A DNA stretch of 55,904 bases, from the NCBI GenBank assembly GCA_964590945.1, contig CAZPXF010000001.1, positions 1 through 55,904 on the forward strand, given 5' to 3'. The stretch is from an uncultured Lachnospiraceae bacterium (GTDB lineage Bacteria; Bacillota; Clostridia; Lachnospirales; Lachnospiraceae). A program made the position numbers and the translations under genes. Below the pieces are notes generated by a model. The model did not search any database, was not told the origin of the DNA, and saw nothing but the letters and a program-made list of their open reading frames with translations. Of the stretch, positions 20,369-28,564 are shown in pieces (positions within the stretch are counted from its first letter, which is position 1; every line of letters starts with the position of its first letter).

Positions 20369-20572
20369 TTAGTCGGCCATGGACTTCATTCTTCCGTAAA
20401 GGCTGAACAAATACAGACCGCAAAGGCCGATAATACTGTATATGGTTCTGGAAATCCAACTCAAATTTCCAAATAAAAAAGTAACAAGGTCAAATTTAAA
20501 CAGACCAATCAGCAGCCAGTTAATGGCTCCGATAATTACGAGAGTCAAAGTTGTGTTATCAAACCATTTCAT
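20369..20572 (-). CDS. DUF378 small membrane protein
   Basis: 67 aa from ATG 20572 after AAGGAGGCA. MKWFD..IGAINWLLIGLFKFDLV signature. The longer ORF to 20704 lacks an RBS. Confidence 0.8.
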   Translation of the reverse strand: MKWFDNTTLTLVIIGAINWLLIGLFKFDLVTFLFGNLSWISRTIYSIIGLCGLYLFSLYGRMKSMAD

Positions 20573-20672
20573 AATTTTGCCTCCTTTTCTTCCATAGTTT
20601 ATCCAGGAATACTGCAATTTATGCAGCATATCGTAATTGTTGGAATGCTGATGCGGCGCGGGAGGTTTCGCT

Positions 20673-22034
20673 GTGGCGGACAGAAACAATATTACAAGCA
20701 TCAAAAAAAACAGATTCAGGTTCCGTTTCGATATTGGAATCGTTATTTTCGGGCTGATATTTATTTATCTGATCGCCAATCTGGTGATCTACCTCACCAG
20801 TTCCCATATCAGCGTATATGAGGTTTGCAAAGGGTCAATCTTAACAGATAATGCATATACTGGATTTGCAGTGCGCTCCGAAGAAGTGACCTGCGCTGAT
20901 ATGTCCGGCTACGTCAGATACCTTGTAAATGAAGGGGACAAGGTTGCAGTGGGAAATGCTGTTTATACCTTCTCCGAGAATGAGGATAAGGAGGATTCCG
21001 CTTCTCAGAACAGCGAATTGCAGGCGTCTGATTTAAAGGAACTCATCGGAAAGACCCAGAAATTCAATCTTGCCTATGATCCTGTGAATTTTAAGCAGGT
21101 CTACAATTTTGATTATGATTGCCAAAGCAGTATACTGGATTCCAGGAACAGTCTGGAGGCTTCCGGCGAGGACGCCGCAGACGTATCGGAATCGGAAAAG
21201 GCTGCGGTTGACGGTATTGTTGCTTTTACGATCGATGGTTTTGAAGGCACAACAAAAGAGAACTTTCAAAGTTCTTATCTGAATCGTTCCGACTACATAA
21301 AGCAGGACGTCCGGAGCCGTGAAAAGACAAAAAGCGGCGAGCCGCTGTATAAAACGATCACGGACGATACATGGTATCTGTTTCTTGCCCTTTCTGACGA
21401 TACGGCAGAGGCTCTGGAAAAAACAGAGAGTCTGGACGTCCGGTTTAAGAAGGATAATGAAATCGTAAGCGGAAAGCTTACGATCACAAAAGAGGACGAT
21501 CAGAATATTGCATGTCTGGAATTTGATAATTCTGTCATGCGATATGCCAATGAACGTTATCTTGATGTAGAGCTGATCTTGGATAACCAGTCCGGTCTGA
21601 AAATTCCTAAGACGTCGGTAGTTGAGAAAGAATTTTATGCGATTCCGAATGTTTATATTACCAAAGGAGGAAATACCAATTCTTCCGGAGTATATGTAAA
21701 GTCAAAGAGCGGAAAAGGCTATTCCTCCGTATTTACTACTTTGGATATCTATGACTCAGATACCGATTATTCCTATGTCCCTGTCTCGGCTTTTGAGGAA
21801 GGGACGACGCTTCTGAAGCCAGAGTCGACAGATACATATGAGGTTGAAAAAACGAAAAAAATAAAAGGCGTTTTCAATGTCAACAAAGGCTATGCCGTAT
21901 TTCGTCTGATCACTGTCCTGAGCAGCAATGATACTTATTATATTGTGAAAGAAAATGAAAACTATGGCTTAAACAATTATGATCAGATTGTTTTAGATGG
22001 ATCAAAAGTGGAAGAGGACGAAATTGTATTTTAA
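20673..22034 (+). CDS. orphan HlyD/membrane-fusion-like protein
   Basis: GTG start after GGGAGG. N-terminal TM, then lipoyl-like hairpin GYVRYLVNEGDKVAVGNAVYTF, then a long beta-rich C-terminus. No adjacent transporter. Confidence 0.6.
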   Translation: MADRNNITSIKKNRFRFRFDIGIVIFGLIFIYLIANLVIYLTSSHISVYEVCKGSILTDNAYTGFAVRSEEVTCADMSGYVRYLVNEGDKVAVGNAVYTFSENEDKEDSASQNSELQASDLKELIGKTQKFNLAYDPVNFKQVYNFDYDCQSSILDSRNSLEASGEDAADVSESEKAAVDGIVAFTIDGFEGTTKENFQSSYLNRSDYIKQDVRSREKTKSGEPLYKTITDDTWYLFLALSDDTAEALEKTESLDVRFKKDNEIVSGKLTITKEDDQNIACLEFDNSVMRYANERYLDVELILDNQSGLKIPKTSVVEKEFYAIPNVYITKGGNTNSSGVYVKSKSGKGYSSVFTTLDIYDSDTDYSYVPVSAFEEGTTLLKPESTDTYEVEKTKKIKGVFNVNKGYAVFRLITVLSSNDTYYIVKENENYGLNNYDQIVLDGSKVEEDEIVF

Positions 22035-22070
22035 TAAATGGATTTATCAGATAGAAGGAGTGGTATTGCA

Positions 22071-22781
22071 ATGTTAAAAGAGAACCTGGAAAGAGTCGAG
22101 GCAGAGATTGCGAACAGCTGTGAAAAAAGCGGAAGAGCGAGAGAGGACGTGACTCTGATCGCTGTCAGTAAAACGAAGCCGGTATCCATGCTTCAGGAGG
22201 CATATGACCTGGGGATCCGTGAATTTGGTGAGAATAAAGTGCAGGAGCTTGTCGAGAAATACGATCAGCTTCCATCGGATATACACTGGCATCTGATCGG
22301 ACATCTTCAGCGCAACAAGGTGAAATATATTGTCGACAAGGTCGCTATGATCCACTCCGTCGATTCTGTCCGCCTTGCGGAGACGATAGAAAAAGAGGCG
22401 GCAAAGAAGAACTGCACTGTCGATATTCTTCTGGAAGTAAATGTAGCCGGCGAGGAATCAAAATTCGGATTAAAGCCGGAGGAAGTGCTGGATACGACAG
22501 CAGCAATTGCCGGATTTCCGCACATCCATATGAAAGGTCTTATGACAATTGCTCCATTTGTGGACGACCCGGAGGAAAATCGCATACATTTTCAAAAATT
22601 AAGGCAATTAGCTGTTGACATTAATGAGAAAAACATTGATAATATTAATGTACGTATGCTTTCTATGGGCATGACGAATGATTATTCTGTCGCCATTGAA
22701 GAAGGAGCTACATTTGTTCGTGTGGGTACAGGAATCTTTGGCGAGAGAAATTACAATATTACGGAAGATAGGAGCGTATAA
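22071..22781 (+). CDS. ylmE: YggS/YlmE PLP-binding homeostasis protein
   Basis: ATG 22071 after AGAAGGAG. LIAVSKTKP lysine motif, HLIGHLQRNK, LSMGMTNDY. Confidence 0.92.
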   Translation: MLKENLERVEAEIANSCEKSGRAREDVTLIAVSKTKPVSMLQEAYDLGIREFGENKVQELVEKYDQLPSDIHWHLIGHLQRNKVKYIVDKVAMIHSVDSVRLAETIEKEAAKKNCTVDILLEVNVAGEESKFGLKPEEVLDTTAAIAGFPHIHMKGLMTIAPFVDDPEENRIHFQKLRQLAVDINEKNIDNINVRMLSMGMTNDYSVAIEEGATFVRVGTGIFGERNYNITEDRSV

Positions 22782-22782
22782 G

Positions 22783-23340
22783 ATGGGAGTATTAGACAAA
22801 TTCCTGGATATAATGAAATTGAGCGACGATGATTATGAGGACGATGACTTTTTTGGAGACGACTATGATGAGGACTTCGAGGAGAAGCCGAAGAAACAGC
22901 GTGCACCTAAGAAGAGTGAACCTGTATATGAAGAAGTTGCAGAACCGGAGGAAGCTCCTACGGCTGCTCCAAAGAGAGAGCGAAAGACATCTTCAAGAAG
23001 CAATGTTACACCTATGCGTCAGGCTTCCAGCCGCAGTAAAATGGAAGTATGCGTGATCCGTCCTTCTACATACGAGGATTCCAGAGAGATTACAGAGACT
23101 CTGTTATCCGGACGTACAGTTGTATTGAATCTTGAGGGATTAGATCTCGAGATCGCACAGCGTATTATTGACTTTACATCTGGCGCGGCATTTGCGATCG
23201 ATGGTAATCTTCAGAAGGTCTCCAATTATATTTTCCTTCTGACGCCTACGAATATCGATATTTCCGGCGATCTTCAGGATGTTTTGTCCAGCTCTTTCAA
23301 TTCACAGATGGACAGCTCCAGTAGATACAGAGGAATCTAG
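22783..23340 (+). CDS. sepF: cell division protein SepF
   Basis: ATG 22783. N-terminal MGVLDKFLDIM membrane-targeting helix, acidic/basic linker, C-terminal core VIRPSTYEDSREITETLLSGRTVVLNLEGLD. Confidence 0.9.
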   Translation: MGVLDKFLDIMKLSDDDYEDDDFFGDDYDEDFEEKPKKQRAPKKSEPVYEEVAEPEEAPTAAPKRERKTSSRSNVTPMRQASSRSKMEVCVIRPSTYEDSREITETLLSGRTVVLNLEGLDLEIAQRIIDFTSGAAFAIDGNLQKVSNYIFLLTPTNIDISGDLQDVLSSSFNSQMDSSSRYRGI

Positions 23341-23450
23341 GTTTCGGACACCGCACAGAGCCTGAGAAGAAAATAATATAATGACTCACTGAGCGTCAGA
23401 TGGAGGCAATCTACCTGATGCTCTTTCGCATGTAAAAAGCAGAGGTGTAT

Positions 23451-23963
23451 ATGAATACAAAAATCAAATTAAATATTTTCGGCATATTGTTTATGATTCT
23501 GGCAGTTGTGATCGATCAGATGACAAAATTCGCAGCGTCCTCGTATTTAAGGATAAATGGCCCGGTCAAGCTTATCCCCGGTATTTTTCATCTGCAGTAT
23601 CTGGAAAACAGGGGCGCGGCATTCGGGATTTTCCAGCATAAGCAGCTCGTCTTTGTAGTTGTTGCAGCTGTTATTTTGCTGGCAGGAGCGATTCTTTATC
23701 AAAATTTTCCGGTTACTTCCCGGTTTCTTCCGGTGCGCCTGTGCATTTTATGTATTGCAGCGGGAGCAGTTGGAAATATGATCGATCGTGTAAGACTTGG
23801 ATACGTCGTGGATTTCTTTTATTTCATACTGATCAATTTCCCAATTTTCAATGTTGCAGACATATATGTTACAGTTTCCATCGCATTTTTGATCTTATTG
23901 ATTCTTTTTTATTATACAGACGAAGAGTTTCAGTACTTTTCTCTGCGTCCCGGAGTAAAGTAG
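23451..23963 (+). CDS. lspA: lipoprotein signal peptidase II
   Basis: ATG 23451. ENRGAAFG, NMIDR, FPIFNVAD motifs. Confidence 0.93.
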   Translation: MNTKIKLNIFGILFMILAVVIDQMTKFAASSYLRINGPVKLIPGIFHLQYLENRGAAFGIFQHKQLVFVVVAAVILLAGAILYQNFPVTSRFLPVRLCILCIAAGAVGNMIDRVRLGYVVDFFYFILINFPIFNVADIYVTVSIAFLILLILFYYTDEEFQYFSLRPGVK

Positions 23964-23966
23964 ATC

Positions 23967-24878
23967 ATGCAAAAGATAGATTTTATTTATTCTGAAAATT
24001 CTCCTGACAGAATTGACAGATTTCTTTCCAGTCAGCTTCCGGATGATTTTTCCAGATCCTATATTCAGAAATTATTGAAAGACGGATCTGTTTTTGTCAA
24101 TCAAAAAACGGTAAAGCCAAATTATAAGCTGAAATCCGGCGACAGGATTCTCATGCGCATACCGGAATTAAAAGAGCCGGATATACTTCCGGAAGATATT
24201 CCGCTTGATATTCTTTATGAAGATAATGATATTCTGGTTGTAAATAAACCAAAAGGAATGGTTGTACATCCGGGAGCAGGACATTATACGGGAACACTGG
24301 TCAATGCCTTAATGTTTCACTGTAATGACGATTTATCGGGCATTAACGGCGTTTTAAGACCCGGCATTGTCCATCGCATCGATATGAATACGACAGGTTC
24401 CCTTGTCGTATGCAAAACGGATCAGGCGCACAGGTTTTTGGAGGAACAGTTGAAGGAGCATACAATCACCCGGAAATACCGGGCAATCATCCATGGAAGA
24501 TTAACAGAGGATGGGACTGTGGATGCGCCGATCGGAAGAAATCCAAAGGACCGCAAAAAAATGGCTGTCAATTACAAAAACGGAAGAGAAGCGGTAACGC
24601 ATTACCATATCCTTCAGACTTTTTCAAACTTCACATACATTGAATGCCAGCTCGAAACCGGGCGGACGCACCAGATCCGTGTTCATATGGCAAGCATAGG
24701 GCATCCGATACTGGGAGACGATGTATACGGACCGTCCAGGTGCCCATATAAGCATCTCATTGGCCAGACACTTCATGCTATGACGCTTGGATTTATTCAT
24801 CCTGCAACAAGAAAGTACATGGAGTTCACAGCAGAGCTTCCTCCGTACTTTGAGGAATTGTTAAAAACACTGAATTAA
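23967..24878 (+). CDS. rluD: RluA-family 23S rRNA pseudouridine synthase RluD
   Basis: S4-like N-terminus, HRIDMNTTG catalytic Asp motif, GRTHQIRVH. lspA-rluD synteny as in Bacillus. Confidence 0.9.
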   Translation: MQKIDFIYSENSPDRIDRFLSSQLPDDFSRSYIQKLLKDGSVFVNQKTVKPNYKLKSGDRILMRIPELKEPDILPEDIPLDILYEDNDILVVNKPKGMVVHPGAGHYTGTLVNALMFHCNDDLSGINGVLRPGIVHRIDMNTTGSLVVCKTDQAHRFLEEQLKEHTITRKYRAIIHGRLTEDGTVDAPIGRNPKDRKKMAVNYKNGREAVTHYHILQTFSNFTYIECQLETGRTHQIRVHMASIGHPILGDDVYGPSRCPYKHLIGQTLHAMTLGFIHPATRKYMEFTAELPPYFEELLKTLN

Positions 24879-24940
24879 GATGTACTTTTCATATGAATTC
24901 AATTATAATAGTACCATATTATAAAAAGGGGTGTGTTTCT

Positions 24941-25564
24941 ATGAGTAATTTAGTCATTACGATCGGACGGCAGTTTGGAAGCGGAGGCTATGAGATCGGA
25001 ACAATTTTATCTGAAAAGCTTGGAATAAAGCTGTATGATAAGGAACTTATAGCGCTGGCAGCAGAGGAGAGTGGTTATTGCAAAGAAATTCTGGATTCCC
25101 ATGATGAAAAGCCTACAAGCAGTTTTTTGTACTCGCTTGTTTCGGATACATATTCCATGAATGGATTTACTTCTGCTCTTTTGTCAGATATGCCGCTGAA
25201 CCAGAAGGTTTTTCTTGCCCAGTTTGATACGATCAAGAAGCTTGCCGACAGAGAATCCTGTATCATTGTCGGGCGTTGTGCAGAATATGCATTGGAGGGG
25301 CGCCCGGATTGCGCCCATATCTTTATCTATGCAGATATGGATGCAAGAATCCGCAGAATTGCGAAACTGCATGATCTGACCGATGCAAAGGCGAAAGATC
25401 TGATTCAGAAGACAGACAAGAAACGTGCAAATTATCACAATTATTATTCCAACAAAAAATGGGGGGATGCGGCAACCTATGATCTCTGCATCAACAGCAC
25501 CCCGCTCGGTATGGAAGGAACGGCAGATTTGATTATTCATTATATTCATGCCCGCCAAAAATAG
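24941..25564 (+). CDS. cytidylate kinase-like family protein
   Basis: ATG 24941. ITIGRQFGSGG P-loop-like N-terminus typical of the cytidylate-kinase-like family. Function unknown. Confidence 0.7.
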   Translation: MSNLVITIGRQFGSGGYEIGTILSEKLGIKLYDKELIALAAEESGYCKEILDSHDEKPTSSFLYSLVSDTYSMNGFTSALLSDMPLNQKVFLAQFDTIKKLADRESCIIVGRCAEYALEGRPDCAHIFIYADMDARIRRIAKLHDLTDAKAKDLIQKTDKKRANYHNYYSNKKWGDAATYDLCINSTPLGMEGTADLIIHYIHARQK

Positions 25565-25626
25565 TTTTAATTTGATTTTGATTGTATAATCCAGCTTTAA
25601 TCATGATTTAATGAGGTACATTACAG

Positions 25627-26073
25627 ATGAAATTTGTGATACAACGCGTGTCAGAAGCCTCTGTCACGGTAGATAATGAAATAATCGGACGGATTGGAAA
25701 GGGATTCATGGTTCTGATCGGAGTCAGCGATTCCGACGATGAAGCAGTCGCTGACAAAATGGTCAAAAAGATGATCCAGCTCCGTATCTTTGAAGATGAA
25801 AATGGCAAGACAAATCTTGCGCTTGCGGATGTAGACGGAGAGTTGCTTCTGATATCGCAGTTTACACTCTATGCAAACTGCAAAAAGGGCAACCGGCCAG
25901 GCTTTACAGAAGCCGGAAAGCCGGATAAAGCGAACGCATTATATGAATATATCATCCAAAAGTGCAAAGAGCATGTTGCAAATGTCCAAAAAGGAAGCTT
26001 TGGCGCTGATATGAAGGTGTCGCTTGTAAATGACGGGCCATTTACGATTATTCTTGATTCGGACGTAATATAG
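25627..26073 (+). CDS. dtd: D-aminoacyl-tRNA deacylase
   Basis: 148 aa. [27 protein letters not shown] motifs. Confidence 0.94.
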   Translation: MKFVIQRVSEASVTVDNEIIGRIGKGFMVLIGVSDSDDEAVADKMVKKMIQLRIFEDENGKTNLALADVDGELLLISQFTLYANCKKGNRPGFTEAGKPDKANALYEYIIQKCKEHVANVQKGSFGADMKVSLVNDGPFTIILDSDVI

Positions 26074-26085
26074 CGAAAATAATGA

Positions 26086-26124
26086 GCAGGAAGAATACAT
26101 AATATTTTTACGTAAACTTCCTGC
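26086..26124. other. candidate dif-like Xer recombination site (near-palindrome); may also act as the recombinase gene terminator
   Basis: GCAGGAAGAATACATAA-TATTT-TTACGTAAACTTCCTGC. Arms are 17 nt and match 14/17. Inner 11-mers match the B. subtilis dif XerD arm TTATGTAAACT at 10/11 and 9/11 (inverted). Sits exactly at the strand switch. Confidence 0.45.
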
Positions 26125-26131
26125 CTTATGA

Positions 26132-27193
26132 TCAGCTTTCGCGCAGCTTCACAGCGCCTGCAGCCATGCGGCGGCGTTCATCATCGATAGCAGCATAGTG
26201 CTTTTTCGTTGTATTGACGTCCTTATGGCCTAAAACATCTGCAACAAGATAAATATCGCCGGTTTCCTTGTAAAGATTTGTTCCGTATGTGCTCCGGAGC
26301 TTGTGCGGTGTAATCTTTTTGTTCGGCGTAACTTCGTGCGTGTATTTTTTAACCATGTTTTCAACGGCCTGAACGCCCATCCGTTTTTTCTGGGTGGACA
26401 AAAACAATGCATTTTCATGACCCTGTACCGGTTGTATTCCAAGGCGGCTCAATTCCAGATAATTTTTTAACGAAGCTGCGACTTCATCACCGAAATATAC
26501 GATCATTTCTGATCCGCCTTTTCGGATCACTTTGATTCCATTATTTTTAAAATCGATATCCTGAATATCGAGTCCAACGCATTCTGATACGCGGATCCCG
26601 GTACCCAAAAGCAGCGTCAGAATCGCAAGATCCCGGTATTTTGTCTTTTCGTAATAGACCTTTTTCTGCCCGGTCAGCGTATCTCCACAATGCTCCACAT
26701 AATCCAGTAGTTCGGCGACCTCGTCCGTATCCAGCCTTATAATTGCCTTATTATGAAGCTTCGGCATATCGACCATAACCGTTGGATTCGTCAGGATCAG
26801 CTGATGCTTGTAAAAGTATTTATAAAAGCTGCGGAGCGCCGACATCTTGCGGAAAAGTCCGCGCTCGCCGTTGGAGACAACCGTATCGCCTTCCTGATAA
26901 ACCTTCAGGTATTCCTGATATTCTTCGATGTCCAGAGGCTCCACATTGTCCAAATCAGACAAGGTAAACTGTGTCAGGTCATAATCCTTATATATGGGAT
27001 TATTCTGCTTTAAAAAGCGGAAAAAAACGCGTATATCATATGCGTAGGAAATCCTTGTCCTGGCAGATGTTGTCGGCTCAATGGCGCGGAAATAATCCTT
27101 CGCAAAGGGAGGAAGTGTCTTTAAAACCTCGCGAAGCCGTAATGTATTATCAATGTAGGTCTGTTCATGAAATGTCTTTTCCCTGTTACTCAT
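26132..27193 (-). CDS. Xer-type tyrosine recombinase (long, XerS/XerH size class)
   Basis: 353 aa. SAM-like N-domain. Catalytic R (GIRVSE), RKGG beta-hairpin Lys, HKLRST, LGH, HY. Flanked only by housekeeping genes. Confidence 0.85.
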   Translation of the reverse strand: MSNREKTFHEQTYIDNTLRLREVLKTLPPFAKDYFRAIEPTTSARTRISYAYDIRVFFRFLKQNNPIYKDYDLTQFTLSDLDNVEPLDIEEYQEYLKVYQEGDTVVSNGERGLFRKMSALRSFYKYFYKHQLILTNPTVMVDMPKLHNKAIIRLDTDEVAELLDYVEHCGDTLTGQKKVYYEKTKYRDLAILTLLLGTGIRVSECVGLDIQDIDFKNNGIKVIRKGGSEMIVYFGDEVAASLKNYLELSRLGIQPVQGHENALFLSTQKKRMGVQAVENMVKKYTHEVTPNKKITPHKLRSTYGTNLYKETGDIYLVADVLGHKDVNTTKKHYAAIDDERRRMAAGAVKLRES

Positions 27194-27298
27194 ATTATCA
27201 ATCCCTCACTGGCATATGTTTATTTTAAATGATAAGTAAAAATCCCGTATATCTATTGGAAAAATCGGTGTTTGTCGTATAGATATATCTGTGAATCT

Positions 27299-27327
27299 AA
27301 AATAGCATATCCAGATGCCTGTGTCAA
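27299..27327 (-). promoter_or_regulatory. putative sigma-A promoter of the recombinase gene
   Basis: On the minus strand, TTGACA (27327-27322), 17 nt, TATTTT (27304-27299). AGATATATCT palindrome (27281-27290) lies just downstream. Confidence 0.5.
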
Positions 27328-27382
27328 GCATAAATACTTAATTGCAATAATGATTCCCGCGATGTTCTGCTTCTGCTGCAGC

Positions 27383-27715
27383 TTAAGGATTCTCCGATGT
27401 ACATACAACAGATAAATAATTCCCTTCGATCAATGTATCGGATTCCAGATTGTTCAAATCCCTGAGTTCATCCATATACTGGTCAATATCTGTATAGTCT
27501 TCCGTCATATAGCGGTTCGCAATACTCCACAGGGAATCACCCTTTTCAATCTGAACGCTCCGGTAAAGCTTATCATCAGAAAAACTGTTCTCATGCGCGG
27601 CAGACTTAAAATACAGGAAGGAAACTGTAATAAAACAGAGAAGTATAAAGCCTGAAATTAATAATACAGCTCTCTTCAACATTGCATTTCTTCTTCTGAT
27701 ACTCTTTGTTCTCAT
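27383..27715 (-). CDS. yneA: YneA-like LysM membrane protein (probable SOS cell-division inhibitor)
   Basis: 110 aa. N-terminal TM plus LysM (IEKGDSLWSIANRY..LNNL). Divergent from lexA with LexA boxes in its promoter, as for B. subtilis yneA. Confidence 0.75.
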   Translation of the reverse strand: MRTKSIRRRNAMLKRAVLLISGFILLCFITVSFLYFKSAAHENSFSDDKLYRSVQIEKGDSLWSIANRYMTEDYTDIDQYMDELRDLNNLESDTLIEGNYLSVVCTSENP

Positions 27716-27749
27716 AGCAATCCCTCCATATAGTAATAATCACATTCCA

Positions 27750-27761
27750 GAACATCCGTTC
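27750..27761. promoter_or_regulatory. LexA (Cheo-type) box
   Basis: GAACATCCGTTC = GAAC-N4-GTTC, just downstream of the yneA-like -10. Confidence 0.75.
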
Positions 27762-27773
27762 CCTTTCCATTAC

Positions 27774-27802
27774 ATTATATTGCACGAACATGTGTTTGTC
27801 AA
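27774..27802 (-). promoter_or_regulatory. consensus sigma-A promoter of the yneA-like gene
   Basis: On the minus strand, TTGACA (27802-27797), 17 nt, TATAAT (27779-27774). A LexA box occupies the spacer. Confidence 0.75.
27785..27798. promoter_or_regulatory. LexA box
   Basis: CGAACATGTGTTTG (CGAAC-N4-GTTTG), overlapping the spacer and -35 of the yneA-like promoter. Confidence 0.75.
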
Positions 27803-27808
27803 GAAAAT

Positions 27809-27835
27809 CGAACATACTTTCTAAACATTTGTTTG
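27809..27835. promoter_or_regulatory. two weaker adjacent LexA-like boxes upstream of lexA
   Basis: CGAACATACTTTCT (27809-27822) and AAACATTTGTTTG (27823-27835). Each keeps one good half-site. Confidence 0.5.
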
Positions 27836-27885
27836 CCATTTGAAATTTTATGTGTTATTATATATTCATATAGGAGGATCGTTTT

Positions 27886-28503
27886 ATGACTAAGGGAAAA
27901 ATCAGCAAGAAGCAAAGTGAGATATTAGAATATATAAAAGAGGAAATACTGGCGAAGGGTTATCCGCCTTCCGTACGCGAGATCTGTGAAGCCGTGCATT
28001 TGAAATCAACGTCTTCCGTACACTCCCATCTTGAGACGCTGGAGAAGAACGGCTATATACGCAGAGATGCAACGAAGCCGCGCGCAATAGAGATTATGGA
28101 TGATTCCTTTCATCTGTCGCGCCGTGAGATGGTTCAGGTGCCGATCGTCGGCAATGTTGCGGCAGGACTGCCGATCCTGGCGGAACAGAATATTTCCGAC
28201 TACTTCCCTCTTCCGGCTGACTATATGCCGAAGAACGAAGTGTTCATGCTGAAGGTGCGCGGGGAAAGTATGATCAATATCGGAATTCTTGATGGGGATT
28301 TAGTTCTTGTGGAGAGAAGTGATACAGCATCGAATGGCGATGTTGTGGTTGCTCTCATCGAGGATGGCGCTACAGTCAAGACCTTTTATAAGGAGAATGG
28401 CTGTTACCGTCTGCAGCCTGAGAATGATTCGATGGATCCGATCATTGTTCAGGAAGCAGCTATTGCCGGTCAGGTGAGAGGCGTATTTCGGTTTCTCCGT
28501 TAG
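27886..28503 (+). CDS. lexA: SOS repressor LexA
   Basis: 205 aa after AGGAGGA. wHTH N-terminus (GYPPSVREI), VAAG cleavage site, S24 peptidase Ser (GESM) and Lys (ATVKTF). Confidence 0.96.
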   Translation: MTKGKISKKQSEILEYIKEEILAKGYPPSVREICEAVHLKSTSSVHSHLETLEKNGYIRRDATKPRAIEIMDDSFHLSRREMVQVPIVGNVAAGLPILAEQNISDYFPLPADYMPKNEVFMLKVRGESMINIGILDGDLVLVERSDTASNGDVVVALIEDGATVKTFYKENGCYRLQPENDSMDPIIVQEAAIAGQVRGVFRFLR

Positions 28504-28564
28504 CCAGGCGCTTCCTCCGTTTGATATGGGAGGCGTATATTTCGGTAATTATGCGGCATAATTA

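Noticed and set aside
26132-27193. The tyrosine recombinase as the integrase of a prophage, ICE or genomic island.
   Set aside because: There are no flanking direct repeats and no tRNA target. There are no phage, conjugation or cargo genes. Both flanks are conserved housekeeping genes (dtd, lexA).
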